A stretch of DNA of 63,872 nt, filler included, from Octopus bimaculoides (Eukaryota), in NCBI RefSeq assembly GCF_001194135.2. It is 4 parts of 4 records of this genome, joined end to end, with 100 filler letters (N's around TTAATTAATTAA, not from the genome) between each part and the next. Parts side by side here need not be neighbours in the genome. Positions count along the whole stretch, not along the records: positions 1 to 21,397 come from NC_068985.1; 3 more parts are not named here. The stretch is one strand, 5' to 3'. Positions 1-11,689 of this stretch are shown here, one piece after another; positions within the stretch are counted from its first letter, which is position 1, and each line of letters opens with the position of its first letter. Position numbers and translations under genes: made by a program. The notes under the pieces are model-generated. The model did no database searches and was not told the origin of the DNA. It saw only the letters and a program-made list of their open reading frames with translations.

Positions 1-1
1 A

Positions 2-257
2 ACAGAAACAATTCCTATCATAGTAGGTGCCTTAGGTATAATAAAAAAATATTCAGACAAATACATAACAAAAATACCAGGACTTACAAATATATATAAC
101 ATACAGAAAATTGCACTACTGGTTACTGCACACATCCTACGCAAAACACTTTCAATACAGTAAACATAAGAGCACCACAGCAAACCACAGCACATACCCA
201 AGGCGCACAGAGCTGCGCTCGGTAGTGAAGTGAAAGCACGTTATAAAAATAAAACTA

Positions 258-260
<3 letters not shown>
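2..260 (+). mobile_element. 3' end of an R4/Dong-clade non-LTR retrotransposon (RLE endonuclease C-terminus plus 3' UTR), followed by a (TAA)n tail
   Basis: Frame 2..163 reads TETIPIIVGALGIIKKYSDKYITKIPGLTNIYNIQKIALLVTAHILRKTLSIQ*, the typical R4-clade C-terminus. A near-identical 3' UTR lies on the minus strand at 51553-51749. (AAT)n runs 261-330. Confidence 0.85.
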
Positions 261-330
<70 letters not shown>

Positions 331-394
331 GTAACATTAGCAAAAAGTACCTTAGGAATGAGATCCCAGGGTTGGGTTCAAAATTCCACCAGGA

Positions 395-436
395 CACCTG
401 ATGAAGGGTGGAGAATAATTCTGTCGAAACGTTGTG
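395..436 (+). ncRNA. Degenerate minimal type-I hammerhead ribozyme motif (PLE pseudo-LTR type)
   Basis: CAC-CTGATGA-A-GGGTGGAGAATAATTCTGTC-GAAAC-GTT-GTG. The core is canonical, stem I is 3 bp, stem II is imperfect (AGAA/TTCT), and palindromic ACGT replaces stem III. Confidence 0.5.
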
Positions 437-1221
437 GTAACAACGAAGAGGATGAGGACTCATATCCGTCCAAGGTAAATAATGTACACGAATAAATATC
501 CTGGAAATTGCTCTTAAATTTCTCAGAAAAGTAGAGTACTTGGACTAATGGACTCATACCTAATTGTGAAAGAAATACAGCAGCTGTAGTGCTGAAAGGT
601 TTTCAGTATAGGAACACACGAGAAAGAATAACAACATGAACTTGCCGTGACGGAGAATAAATAAGGTAACCTTTCAAATCAATTGCAACAAAACGAGCAT
701 CTAATTTATTTAGAATACAATTGAATTTAGTAGAATTAGCATTATTGAAAACAGAAATGTTGCAGTTAATGTAGTTAACAAACTAGAATGAAATTTAAAT
801 TTTTGTTAAGAATGAATTATATATTTATATGTAAGTATAAGTGACTAAAACGATGTAGTCGGTAGAAAAGAAACAAACATAACGAAAGCTGATAACTTGC
901 TTAAAGAAGCCACACTGGATTTATTTTTTACACAGTCTTAATGAAAATGTCTGAAAGCAGACGATCGTTTATATCTTGATGATTCTAACAAGAAGCTTCA
1001 CATACAAAGGTATGTGAAAGAACGCAATGTAATCAAACAATGTCAGAGTAATTGCATAGTATCAAGGAACAGAATCACGCAGAAGATATTCAGCAAGTGT
1101 TCACACAGCCAGCTTCATATCTGTGTAAAAATGAAAAGAATGATTATATCATGTTAATCATCTTTATATTATTTTGCTGAATCATACATTTCTCTCCTTC
1201 ACACACACACACACGCGCAAA

Positions 1222-1267
<46 letters not shown>

Positions 1268-1679
1268 NNNNNNNNNNNNNNNNNNNNNNNNNNNNNNNNN
1301 NNNNNNNNNNNNNNNNNNNNNNNNNNNNNNNNNNNNNNNNNNNNNNNNNNNNNNNNNNNNNNNNNNNNNNNNNNNNNNNNNNNNNNNNNNNNNNNNNNNN
1401 NNNNNNNNNNNNNNNNNNNNNNNATATATATGAATATATATAAATAAAATGCGAGAAGTATTTGAAGGCATATTTGGTAATGTAATAAGACAGTTCTAAA
1501 TAACAAAAGAAAACAAAAACTCAAAAAAACAAACAAAAAAAAAATGCATGTTAGTATGACTTTCTGAGCATGTTCATAATAAGATATCTTATTTTTGGGA
1601 TTGACATTAATCTTTGATAAAGGATACCGAGCGGGACCGGAATCGTTGGCATGCCTGTACTAAATAAACAGTCCTTTTC

Positions 1680-2430
1680 CATTTTTGACATCAACTAGAC
1701 ATTGTGGCTTTCAGCAAAGTATTGTATGTTGAATAGTCTCCCGTCTTATGACACTACAAACGTAGTTCTTTATTTAAATTTAGGAAGATGAAGGCCGCAA
1801 ATTAGGTGTTACATTATCGTAAATATTGTGCGACATCTATCCTTTGGAGAAGTGGGGTTTGGGAGAAGACGGTGAGATTTAGTAAAATACACAAGGCTTT
1901 CCACTGCATACTTTATCCATCCCGGTCCTCACAACTATCTCTAAAACCTCAACGTGTCCAGCACCGTTAATTGTTAAGCTCTGCATAAAGACATGTGATA
2001 ACGTAACGGTTACTACTTAGTACTCCAAAGACCACCATAGTTGCTGGAAAATTTGAGTACATCACGAGGATCTGAGCATAGCCATCTGTCATTTCTCCTG
2101 TAAGGAATTCGTTCTTGGTCTAATTTTTTTCTCATCTGAGAAGAATCAATTCATGTCATTTTTGTCAGGGTTTTCAACCATACTATATATCCGCTTGGAA
2201 CTAATCAAGTGGTTCCCCTGTGTCTTTGCAAACATCAACAGGCCTCTCCACTGCACATATGACAAGCATCTAGTGTTCTGCAGCACTGCAGCTCTCGTAG
2301 AGGAAACTTACACGTGAAATTCTTTGACGGAGGGCTAATTGCCTTTATGGGAACATCATCGGTAATATTCTTTTTACACATTCGACAAATTGCGGTGTTC
2401 TTGTAGGGTACGAGCGTTTAGAATTTTATT
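1680..2430 (-). pseudogene. Decayed Tc1/mariner-superfamily (maT/DD37D-like) transposase
   Basis: Broken minus-strand frames give FFSDEKK, DRWLCSDPRDV, KFPATMVVFGV, GHVEVLEIVV, DKVCSGKPCVF and MSHNIYDNVTPNLRP, collinear with a DDD/E catalytic domain. Many stops and frameshifts. Confidence 0.75.
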
Positions 2431-2768
2431 CCTATTTTATAGAATGGAATCATTCCCGCCAGAAATATCTAATTCCATCCGAAATTTCTGTATGAAATAT
2501 CTTACAACATTTACAAACATGGTGTTCTTAAAACACTTTGTTGTGCACATATGGCAATGATGAATGTGTGTCATTTTTTGTGCTAGAATTTTATCTGCCA
2601 TGATGGATGTGGAGTAAGCAATATTTTAATCCTTTTGAAGAGAGTACTATTCAGATAATTAAGTGTTCTGAAGCACCCTTCGCATCTGGTATACATATAT
2701 ACGTACCTACTCTTATACACACGTACGTATATGCATACGCACATAATACATACAGATATACATGCACA

Positions 2769-2832
<64 letters not shown>

Positions 2833-3005
2833 CATAAATATGGGAGAATATACAAATAATAACAACAGACGAGGACAGGTGGTGTAAATAACAAAAGGAT
2901 GTATTAGTATGACGCTCGGGAATACGGAAAGTCTTTGACGTTTCGAGCTACGCTCTTCAACAGAAAGAATACGGAGACAAGGAGAAAAACACGGAGAAAA
3001 AAAAA
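2833..3005 (-). mobile_element. Short non-autonomous PLE pseudo-LTR-like element abutting a (TA)n microsatellite
   Basis: Homologous to 16810-16985 (shared aacaacagacga..acaggtggtgta..atgtattagtat.acgctcggg..gaaagtcttt.acgtttcgagc.acgctcttc.acagaaag). It carries a hammerhead motif, and its 3' end abuts (TA)n in both copies. Confidence 0.65.
2932..2968 (-). ncRNA. Minimal type-I hammerhead ribozyme, A6U core variant
   Basis: Minus strand TCTTT-CTGTTGA-A-GAGC-GTA-GCTC-GAAAC-GTC-AAAGA. Stem I is a perfect 5 bp and stem II a perfect 4 bp, with a GUC site and palindromic ACGT for stem III. Confidence 0.7.
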
Positions 3006-3313
3006 TTGATTGTATATGTATATATACATATATACATATACATATATGCATAAATATTCTAGTTTTGAACAAAGATAGGAGAATAGATTTCAATATATTC
3101 TATTGTGTACACCACTTAATGAAACAGCATATTTTCTCCCGCACATAGATATTGGTACAAACGCTACCTGGTCTGAAGATCACCGTCATGAAAAACATTA
3201 CACACTCAGAGAAACACAAGCACCCACGGAGAGAGTCAGAGAGAGAGAAAGGGAGAGAAATCGAGAGCGAGAGAGAAAAAGAAAGCGGGAGAAAGTGAGA
3301 GATAGCTAGATAA

Positions 3314-3331
3314 ATATATATATATATATAT

Positions 3332-3408
<77 letters not shown>

Positions 3409-3420
3409 GAGAGACAGAAA
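3314..3420. repeat. Compound (TA)n/(AG)n microsatellite
   Basis: Direct sequence. Confidence 0.95.
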
Positions 3421-3554
3421 CAGAAACATACAACTGTATATGCATATATAATGATAGTAGACTCATAGTCAGAGGAAGTTGGTGTTCTGCAATATCTTGC
3501 TCAACAATTGCACTAATGGTTGGTTGTAGTGGTCAGGTGTTTGTACTGCATATT

Positions 3555-3690
3555 AGTTCGCTCCATCAAATCGACGCTGCCTTCACATCTGCACGGTGTA
3601 CCACACGTGAGGTGTCGAAGTGATCGGAGAACAGTGTTTTGCACCGTGCATTATGAAATGAAATTCATAATTTCTTCATGAGCACAACAT
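3555..3690 (-). mobile_element. SINE family D fragment
   Basis: tgcacggtgtacc..gtgtcgaagtgatcgg..atgaa segment shared with 37155-37408 and 54943-55208. Confidence 0.5.
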
Positions 3691-3769
3691 TATACATATA
3701 CCACACACACACACACACACACATGCACATACACGTGTGTATCAAGCGAGTGTGTCACATTGTATTGTG

Positions 3770-3814
3770 CGACGCATTGGGCATTTGATAGGCGGAAGTA
3801 AATAGAGGCCCGTC

Positions 3815-3870
<56 letters not shown>

Positions 3871-4400
3871 GTATATATATATATATATGTATATTTGTGT
3901 GCGTGCATGTTCGTGTGTGAGTGTGTGCGTGTGTGTTTCTTTGTGTGTATGTGTCTGTGTTGTGTCAGTGTTTGTTGTACCCCAGCCCCATCGCTGTTGG
4001 TGCGTCATTATCTTTGTCCCCGTTTAAGGCGGCGAGCTGGCAGAAACGTTAACACGACGGACGAAATGCTTAGCGGTATTTCGTTTGCCGTTACGTTCTG
4101 AGTTCAAATTCCGCTGAGGTCGATTTTGCCTTTCATCTTTCGGGGTCGATTAATTAAGTACCAGTTACGCACAGGGATCGATCTAAGTGACTGGGCCCCT
4201 CCTCCAAAATTTCAGCCCTTGTGCCTATAGTAGAAAGGATAATCTTTGTCCCCGTAACTCTGGTATTCGGCAAATGAAACCGTTAGACCAAGAACCAAGC
4301 ATTAAAGATAACTAAGTGCTGGGTCGATTCGCTCGGCTAAAATCCTTTAAGGCGGTGCTACAGCACGGCCGCAACGTAATTACTGAAACAGTTAAACAAA
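3770..4400 (+). mobile_element. SINE family A (CORE-type, internal TA/CA microsatellite), interrupted by a family B SINE
   Basis: gcccgtcgtatata.. internal microsatellite, then the family tail (ccccgtaact..ttcggcaaa..gggtcgatt..aaggcggtgct.cagca.ggccgca..actgaaaca) resumes at 4250. Confidence 0.7.
4024..4241 (+). mobile_element. SINE family B (tRNA-derived head, Meta-domain-like core), full length with 14-bp TSD
   Basis: aggcggcgagctggcagaaacg head, B-box gagttcaaattcc, core gcctttcatctttcggggtcgat.aattaagtacc. TSD atctttgtccccgt at 4010-4023 and 4242-4255. Confidence 0.9.
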
Positions 4401-4871
4401 GAAAAAAGAAAGAAAGAAATTAGGGCTGACCTCCGGCTAAACAACATTGTTAGATCAGCTTACACTGTTAACACAACACCGTAAGCTTACATTAATAGCC
4501 GGATGTAATAACTTTCCAATCAGCAGCATTCTCCTCTTACCACAGTTGTCTAAACTCTTCTCATTTAGAATTTAGGAACCGGATTCGTAGAAAAAAATTC
4601 CATTATTCATTTGTCAGGAACTATTCATGAATAACCAATTATCCTCGGTATCGAGTTCTGGTGCTTGTCATTTCAGTTACGTTTTAAAACAGTTATATTT
4701 ACTGAGGTAGAACCATTAGACCGTTGAGCAATGTACCTGACAGTATCTGTTCAGTCTCATAAAAAAAAGAGGAATTTTTGTATGTTGTACATATCATTAA
4801 GAACAGTAATTTTGGTTATGGATTTCTTATAATTCTAGATTAATTTACTGTGTACTTTTGAGATGTGAAGG

Positions 4872-5212
4872 TGCAATGGCCCAGGGGTTAGGGCAGCCAA
4901 CTCGTGTCATAGAATCACGGTTTCGATTCCTCGACCGGCGTTGTGAGTGTTTATTGAGCGAAAACACTTAAAGCTCCACGAGGCTCCAGCAGCGGGGTGG
5001 GGTGGCGAACCCTGCTCTATTCTTTCACCACAACTTTCTTTCACTCTTTCTTCCTCTTTCTGTTGTATCTGTATTTCAAAGGGCCAGCCTTGAGACATGC
5101 TGTGTCACGCTCCATCTCCACGTATCTGTGAAGTGCTCAGCCACTTGCACGTTAATTTCATTAGCAGGCTGTTACGTTGATTGGATCAACTGGGACCCTC
5201 GTCGTCGTATGC
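4872..5212 (+). mobile_element. tRNA-derived SINE (family C tail)
   Basis: A/B-box head (tggcccaggggtt / ggtttcgattcc). The tail at 5070-5209 is shared with 9497-9646. Confidence 0.7.
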
Positions 5213-6529
5213 TCACTTGAAAAACACTATTTCTATAACTTCGTCAAGCATTTTCGAAAGTTTTGCAGTTTCTTTGGAAGGATTTCAGGTTTCAGAATTT
5301 CCGACGAACAATTTTAAAAACGGTATTATGATGTTTGCTCCAAATACTGAGGCTCTTATTGTCCCAATACAAATGAGTTGTTTTTTTTTAATGCAAACAT
5401 TATACAGAAATTCGTAGTTGTCCGCGTACGCTATTTCATTAAGTGTTAAAGGTTTCCAGCTCAATTTTATGGACTTTCTTAACGGTGGTATCTTTTTGAA
5501 GAAATTAACAGAAAACGTAATTAAGAACCTGAGATATTTATTTTTTTTGTCTTTGACAAGCAAGATTTTAGATATTCTGTTCTGTATAAAACACATAATC
5601 TACTGTTAAATCTCGTTGATATGAGCAAGTGTTCGTTTCCGTGAAACCTGACGAATGCGTATTCTTACGACTCAATGAGTTGCTCTCACACAAAATGAAA
5701 AACGGAATTAACTCATGCTGTAATAACTACAATTATTTACACACGACCTCACACACATAGTCACTCACACACACACATAGTCACTCATATACACAAACAT
5801 ACTCATACAAATATAGGTGTTGCCTTGCTTATTTGTTAACATGTGTACGCATGTGGATTTTCGCATATTCCAACAAATAAGCATAAGCAATGCTGTACTA
5901 GGATTATACGTTGTCACTGACGTTTCTTACATCCAATCGAATATTTGCCTCTTGGCAAAATTTTCAAGGCAGCAAATGTCTTTCTAATACGTGCTTGTAT
6001 TCAGTCCAACATACTCAGCGTCTTCAGGTATATCAAGCTGTTTCGCTTCCTTAATCCCGTTTGACATTCAATTGCAGGATTTGAATTACGTAACATTTTT
6101 TTTTTTTTTTTCAGATTTCACTAAACATCCTGTAGTTGCATTTTTCCTTTAATCCTAACATCCCTCCGTGAAAACCGACCCTGTAATCTGCATTCTCCCG
6201 GATGTTAATCCCATCTGAAATTGTTAAAAGCAAAAGGTGTTTGAGAGAAATAGAACGGATACATGTTACATGTCATTGATGTGAAAGAATTTTTTCCTTC
6301 TTTCTGTTATCTGCTCAGTATTCTCCAATAACAATTTGGATTTGACACAAGAAATAGATAAACGTGTGCAGATACATTAGCCTACCTGGTGATATAATTG
6401 CATATTCAATTATAATTGTTCTAATCTTTTAAACATTAAACCCACACGGCTTATACAAATAGATGCGTGAGCTTACAATCACACATTTACAATATTTTCA
6501 GTCTGACTGCCTGTCTTCTATCTCCCCGC

Positions 6530-6580
6530 CTCTCTCTCTCTCTGTCTCTCTCTGTCTGTCTGTCTGTCTGTCTCTCTCTG

Positions 6581-6615
<35 letters not shown>

Positions 6616-6672
6616 GTGTCTCTCTCTCTCTCTCTGTGTCTCTCTCTCTCTCTCTGTCTGTCTCTCTCTCTC
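6530..6672. repeat. (CT)n/(CTGT)n microsatellite
   Basis: Direct sequence. Confidence 0.95.
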
Positions 6673-6960
6673 TGGTGTTGACTATTCGTTTCGTTCCTCT
6701 TTCCGAATCTGTTATTATCGCATCATTCTATGAAGCAGGTTCATAACGTAAATACAATTGATTACTTAAAGCAATTATATTAATTTCCTAACTGAAATCC
6801 CGGTGTTTTTCAAGATCATGCTTCACGGAGTGATCGGTAATATCCGAAAGCAATATATCTTTTAGAAGAGCTTCCTTAAAGCACACACAGCGGGGTTTCG
6901 AATTAAGAAAGCACTGTAGGATATTTTAGGAAGAAAAATAAACAAAAATAAGAATAAAAA

Positions 6961-7175
6961 TATGAGGTGCATCCCAGAAGTTTTGAGACGTTTTCAAGAG
7001 TTATTTATTAATTTCAAAGTACAAAGCACCATCTTGTGCAAAGTAGGATCCTTTGACTTGATGGAACGTTCCAGCGACTTAGTGAATGGCTTCACGGGAG
7101 ACGTACAAAGTGAAGATGTCAAGGACTCTTGTCACAGTCTCCTTCATCTACTTAATGTTTTCCAAGGAAGGTTCT
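6961..7175 (-). mobile_element. Mariner 3' relic (transposase C-terminus plus decayed TIR)
   Basis: Minus strand MKETVTRVLDIFT..AFTKSLERSIK..VKGSYF resembles the mariner C-terminus. tatgaggtgcatcccagaagtt resembles a TA-flanked mariner TIR. Confidence 0.6.
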
Positions 7176-7199
7176 TCAACTTAGAAAACATGTATATGT

Positions 7200-7470
7200 T
7201 AGTGTGTCTGTGTTTGTCCCCCCGCCCCAACATCGCTTAACAACCGATACTGGTGTGTTAACGTCCCCGTAACTTAGCGGTTCGGCAAAAGAGACACCGA
7301 TAGAATAAGTACTAGGCTTACAAAGAATAAGTCCTGGGGTCGATTTNNNNNNNNNNACTAGGCTTACAAAGAATAAGTCCTGGGGTCGATTTGCTCGACT
7401 AAAGGCGGTGCTCCAGCATGGCCGTAGCCAAATGACTGAAACAAGTAAAAGAGTAAAAGAGTAAAAGAGG
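7200..7470 (+). mobile_element. SINE family A 3' half
   Basis: gtttgtcccccc..aacatcgctt.acaaccgat..ccccgtaacttagcggttcggcaaaagag..aaggcggtgctccagcatggccg..gactgaaacaagtaaaaga(gtaaaaga)n. Confidence 0.9.
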
Positions 7471-9069
7471 ACCTTAAAATCATGAATATAAGTTTTCATA
7501 CCTGCATCATTCAATAAATATTGTCCTCTATTCCTAACAATATCCACAATAAGAAGCGCAAATAATTCGAAAGTTGTAAAAAAATGTAGGGGTAAGGATT
7601 TTATCAAGTATTAGTATAAAGTAAATGTATTCTTGCTGAATTAGATGCACAGAATAATCTATTTCTAGAGTATTGTCAAAATCGTAACTTTCAAACTCAG
7701 GGCCTCCTCCAGCTGCCAGCGTTGGGAAGAGAGGCGGGAAAAGAGATGGTGACAGAAATATTACGAATAATGTATGTGAGTCTGTTTTTTGACATGAACA
7801 GGTAAACGTGAGCATAAGAACGAATAATGCAACCTTACAATACTTGTGTAACACCTCGCTATTTCTTTACTTCTCTGTGTACGCTTCACCTTAAAACTAC
7901 ACACATTTCAATTCTTCGCACCCTTCCTCCTACCTCTGAAATATTGTTCAACTTTTATAAGTTCTAGGATTAATGTAACAAGAATTGTTCAACTAACTAA
8001 ATACTTTTGACTTCTACTTCACTTATTTCCGGTAGATATTGAGACTAATGTATTAATTAATTCTTTTTTTTTTTAGATATTTGCATATCCTAACATTAAC
8101 AGTTGTCTGTGAATAAAGCAGCGTCATTAAAACAGTCGAAAGTCTTTACGCGGTAACATTTCGACATTATATGGTAGCAAGAAACTCTACAGGGAAATGA
8201 ACTGTAGAATTTCTCTGGTAAAGAAAACCCTTCTATACAACTTGTTTGGCATTTAGTCAATTCCATTCTAAGGAGATCACATTCTATCTGTATCATGACA
8301 AATGAGTAATCTTCAGCAGCAGGCTTTTGCGCTACGGATCGGGTTCGGATCCAAGTACAAATTGTTGATCCGAATAAACTGCGTGGGTGCCTGGCGTTGC
8401 ATTTTGTCTCCAGACCTCATGTTTCCGATGTCTTACTTGTTGGCATAGTTTCTCATTCATCAAACCTCCATATTACACATCATGGCAACTTCAACAGAGA
8501 AGTTCCTGTCACAGTTATGTGCAATTTAAATTGTTCTTTACAAGAACTCAAACTTTCTACTTGCAATAATTTATTCATGGTTTTGAAAATGCTTACATAA
8601 TTGTTATCTCAAGATTATAATGTTGTTCTTGTTACTGTTACCGCGACTGAGATAAATGCTGGTCGAGCGTGCTTGTGATTAACCGGTGTTTCATTTTAAC
8701 AAGCGTTATATTTTAATAAGTAGAGTTTGATGTAAGAGAAATTTAGCTACTGTTTCTAGACTCACTGCAGTTTAAAATTTTCATTAATAAAACAGTTTTA
8801 TTCTCTTTTATTTCATTTTGTACCTGAAGTTTCAAACAAAGTCATGGAAAATTTCTACAGCTCCCAACCAGCGATCTTTGACGTGACAGAAAAGCAGTTA
8901 AATCTCTGAATGTAGAGATACATATTTCATACTCCCATCATTAGAGGATGAAATACCAATCTACAAGCAATAAAAGTTCATATTACGGAAAGGTCACCGC
9001 TAAAACAATTGACATCAGAGCTCTAATTTAGTATGGTTAATAAAGGGCTAAATAATTTTCCGTCTTAAC

Positions 9070-9225
9070 GTTTACAGTTCAAATTCTGCCGAGGTTGACT
9101 TTGTTTTTCATACTTTCAGGGTCGATAAAATAAGTAACAATGGAGCACTTTGGTTGATGTAATCGAAGTATATCCTCCCCGAACTTGCTGGCTTTGTGTC
9201 AAAATTTGAAACCCTTATAGGGTTC
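9070..9225 (+). mobile_element. SINE family B, 5'-truncated
   Basis: agttcaaattctgccgaggttgactttg..tttcagggtcgataaaataagta core. Confidence 0.75.
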
Positions 9226-9354
9226 AACGATAACTGTACTATAACGAGTTGTTTTCTTTTCAATGTTCCTTAACATATTGGAGTTCCATATATACTTCCC
9301 ATTAATGCAATGGATACAATTTCTATTGTTTTGCTATGCATATATCACAATGAA

Positions 9355-9660
9355 GGGCGCGTGGCTTTATTGTTAGGATAGTCGGTTCACGATCATAAAG
9401 ACCTGAGTTCAATTCCTGGTGATGCGTTGTGGCCTTGAGCAAGACTCTTTATTTCACGTTACTCCAGTTCACACAGTTGTCAAAATGAATAGTACTTGTA
9501 TTTCAACGGGCCGGCCTTGTCACAATCTGTGTCATACTGAATCTCCCTAAGGGTACGCGTGTCTGTGGAGTGCTCGTCCACCTACACTTTAATTTCACCA
9601 GCAGGCTGAACCGTTGATCGAATCAACTGGAACCCCCGTTGTCGTAACCGATGGAGTACC
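9355..9660 (+). mobile_element. tRNA-derived SINE (CORE-like middle, family C tail)
   Basis: Head gcgcgtggctt..gagttcaattcc, CORE-like gtggccttgagcaagac, tail shared with 4872-5212. Confidence 0.75.
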
Positions 9661-9929
9661 CATAAATATCGACAATAGATAATGTTACTTACTGATGATA
9701 TTAAAATATTACATTGTTTAAAGAGGCGCAAACATTATCTAAATTGATGCAATTCTGAATATAACGCTAACTTACAATATTTCGTGAGATTATCAACGTA
9801 TATCGGTTGGATAACGTCAATTATGCCATGAATCTTTATAATGGAAATTAATCTGTAATCAGTTGATTATTTCAGAAACATGCATGTGGTTAAGACAGTA
9901 TTCTGGGTGAACCAACATGGCATATCGTA

Positions 9930-10070
9930 GCAAAATGGATCTTTGATTTCCAGGTACAATCCTGAAAGATAATACGGAAAAAATATATCGACTTTTGTAT
10001 AAGATTATCATGTTTATCGACCTTGAAAAGACGTTTATCAGGGTCGCATTTGACCTGAGAGCGCAGTTTC
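9930..10070 (+). pseudogene. Ancient LINE (RTE-like) reverse transcriptase fragment
   Basis: MFIDLEKTFIRV resembles the non-LTR RT motif FVDLEKAFDRV; the flanks are broken. Confidence 0.4.
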
Positions 10071-10582
10071 ACGGAAAGGATAAGGAGCCATTCTATTCGA
10101 CGCTTCCGCCATGTCCTTGCCAAAGCTGCTTTCCATCCCCAAACACAAATTTTCACCGTTCATTGTCCCATACTTTTTATAAATAATTAAAACAGCATGC
10201 TTCAATAGTAATGACAAGAATGAAAATAAAAAAAAGGACAAGAATGAAAATGAAAAAAAAAAAAGAAGTTATTTAACCAATCTATAATTAAAATTCCGTT
10301 TTCCATCAGGCAGGTATTTTTTAATGATTTCAAACTAAAATGAGTTTAGTCTCACGTACTGGAATTTTACAGAAAGATTTTGTATTGCATTTCATTAACG
10401 ATAATTAAACAAAAGAAGTAGAAAACCTATTTTAACCATATCATTGTGCTTTAATTTCACTTTTATATTGTGTTCTCTGCAAATTTTTGAAAGCTCGATT
10501 TATTGTAGTGTATCTCTACTGAAGAAATGTTTTGCGTAGGAGTGAAATTCTACGAGAAATCTTTTACATTTCACTTGTTTCA

Positions 10583-10760
10583 GTCATTAGACTGCAACTA
10601 TGGTGGGGCACTGTTTTGAAGAACATTTTAGTGAAATGAATCGACTCTAGTACTTTTTTCCTAAGGCTGATATTTATTCTATCGGTCAATTTTGCAGAAC
10701 CGCTAGCTTATATGGACGTAAATACACAAAACGGTTGTGGAAACAAACACAGATACACAG
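10583..10760 (-). mobile_element. SINE family A tail
   Basis: tttcacttgtttcagtcatt.gactgc..gcact..tatcggtc..tttgcagaaccgcta, the reverse complement of the family tail, running into (CA)n. Confidence 0.75.
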
Positions 10761-10777
10761 ACAGACAGACAGACACA

Positions 10778-10827
<50 letters not shown>

Positions 10828-11320
10828 NNNNNNNNNNNNNNNNNNNNNNNNNNNNNNNNNNNNNNNNNNNNNNNNNNNNNNNNNNNNNNNNNNNNNNNNN
10901 NNNNNNNNNNNNNNNNNNNNNNNNNNNNNNNNNNNNNNNNNNNNNNNNNNNNNNNNNNNNNNNNNNNNNNNNNNNNNNNNNNNNNNNNNNNNNNNNNNNN
11001 NNNNNNNNNNNNNNNNNNNNNNNNNNNNNNNNNNNNNNNNNNNNNNNNNNNNNNNNNNNNNNNNNNNNNNNNNNNNNNNNNNNNNNNNNNNNNNNNNNNN
11101 NNNNNNNNNNNNNNNNNNNNNNNNNNNNNNNNNNNNNNNNNNNNNNNNNNNNNNNNNNNNNNNNNNNNNNNNNNNNNNNNNNNNNNNNNNNNNNNNNNNN
11201 NNNNNNNNNNNNNNNNNNNNNNNNNNNNNNNNNNNNNNNNNNNNNNNNNNNNNNNNNNNNNNNNNNNNNNNNNNNNNNNNNNNNNNNNNNNNNNNNNNNN
11301 NNNNNNNGGGGCCAGGAAAA

Positions 11321-11447
11321 AGAAGAAGAAGAAGAAGAAGAAGAAGAAGAAGAAGAAGAAGAAGAAGAAGAAGAAGAAGAAGAAGAAGAAGAAGAAGAAG
11401 AAGAAGAAGAAGAAGAAGAAGAAGAAGAAGACGACGACGACGACGAC
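11321..11447. repeat. (AAG)n/(ACG)n microsatellite
   Basis: Direct sequence. Confidence 0.95.
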
Positions 11448-11689
11448 TGGAAGAGATATCTAAATGACTGCTTCATTTTTTGGCATAAAGTATAGAGGGA
11501 CTTAAAGAATTTCAAGCACTTCTAAATGGACTTGACATAAACATTCACTTTACGATGAAATATAGCCATCAACAACTTCCATTCCTCGACAATTTAAATG
11601 ATGTTACTTGGGTCGTGAAGCCTGGGTAGTCATCATTTCGCCTTTTCATCTTGTCATCCATTCATTATCCATTTTTCATTAGTTTTTTT

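Noticed and set aside
936-1009. Candidate exon with an AAG/GTATGT donor
   Set aside because: Stops in all three frames.
4024-4115. tRNA-like A/B-box sequences at SINE heads
   Set aside because: They are followed by SINE core and tail, with no cloverleaf or acceptor stem; not tRNA genes.
5920-6030. Minus-strand CTGAAGA and a distant GAAACGTC
   Set aside because: They are about 95 nt apart with no supporting stems.
7310-7400. Apparent tandem duplication of a SINE segment across a 10-N gap
   Set aside because: Most likely an unmerged contig overlap.
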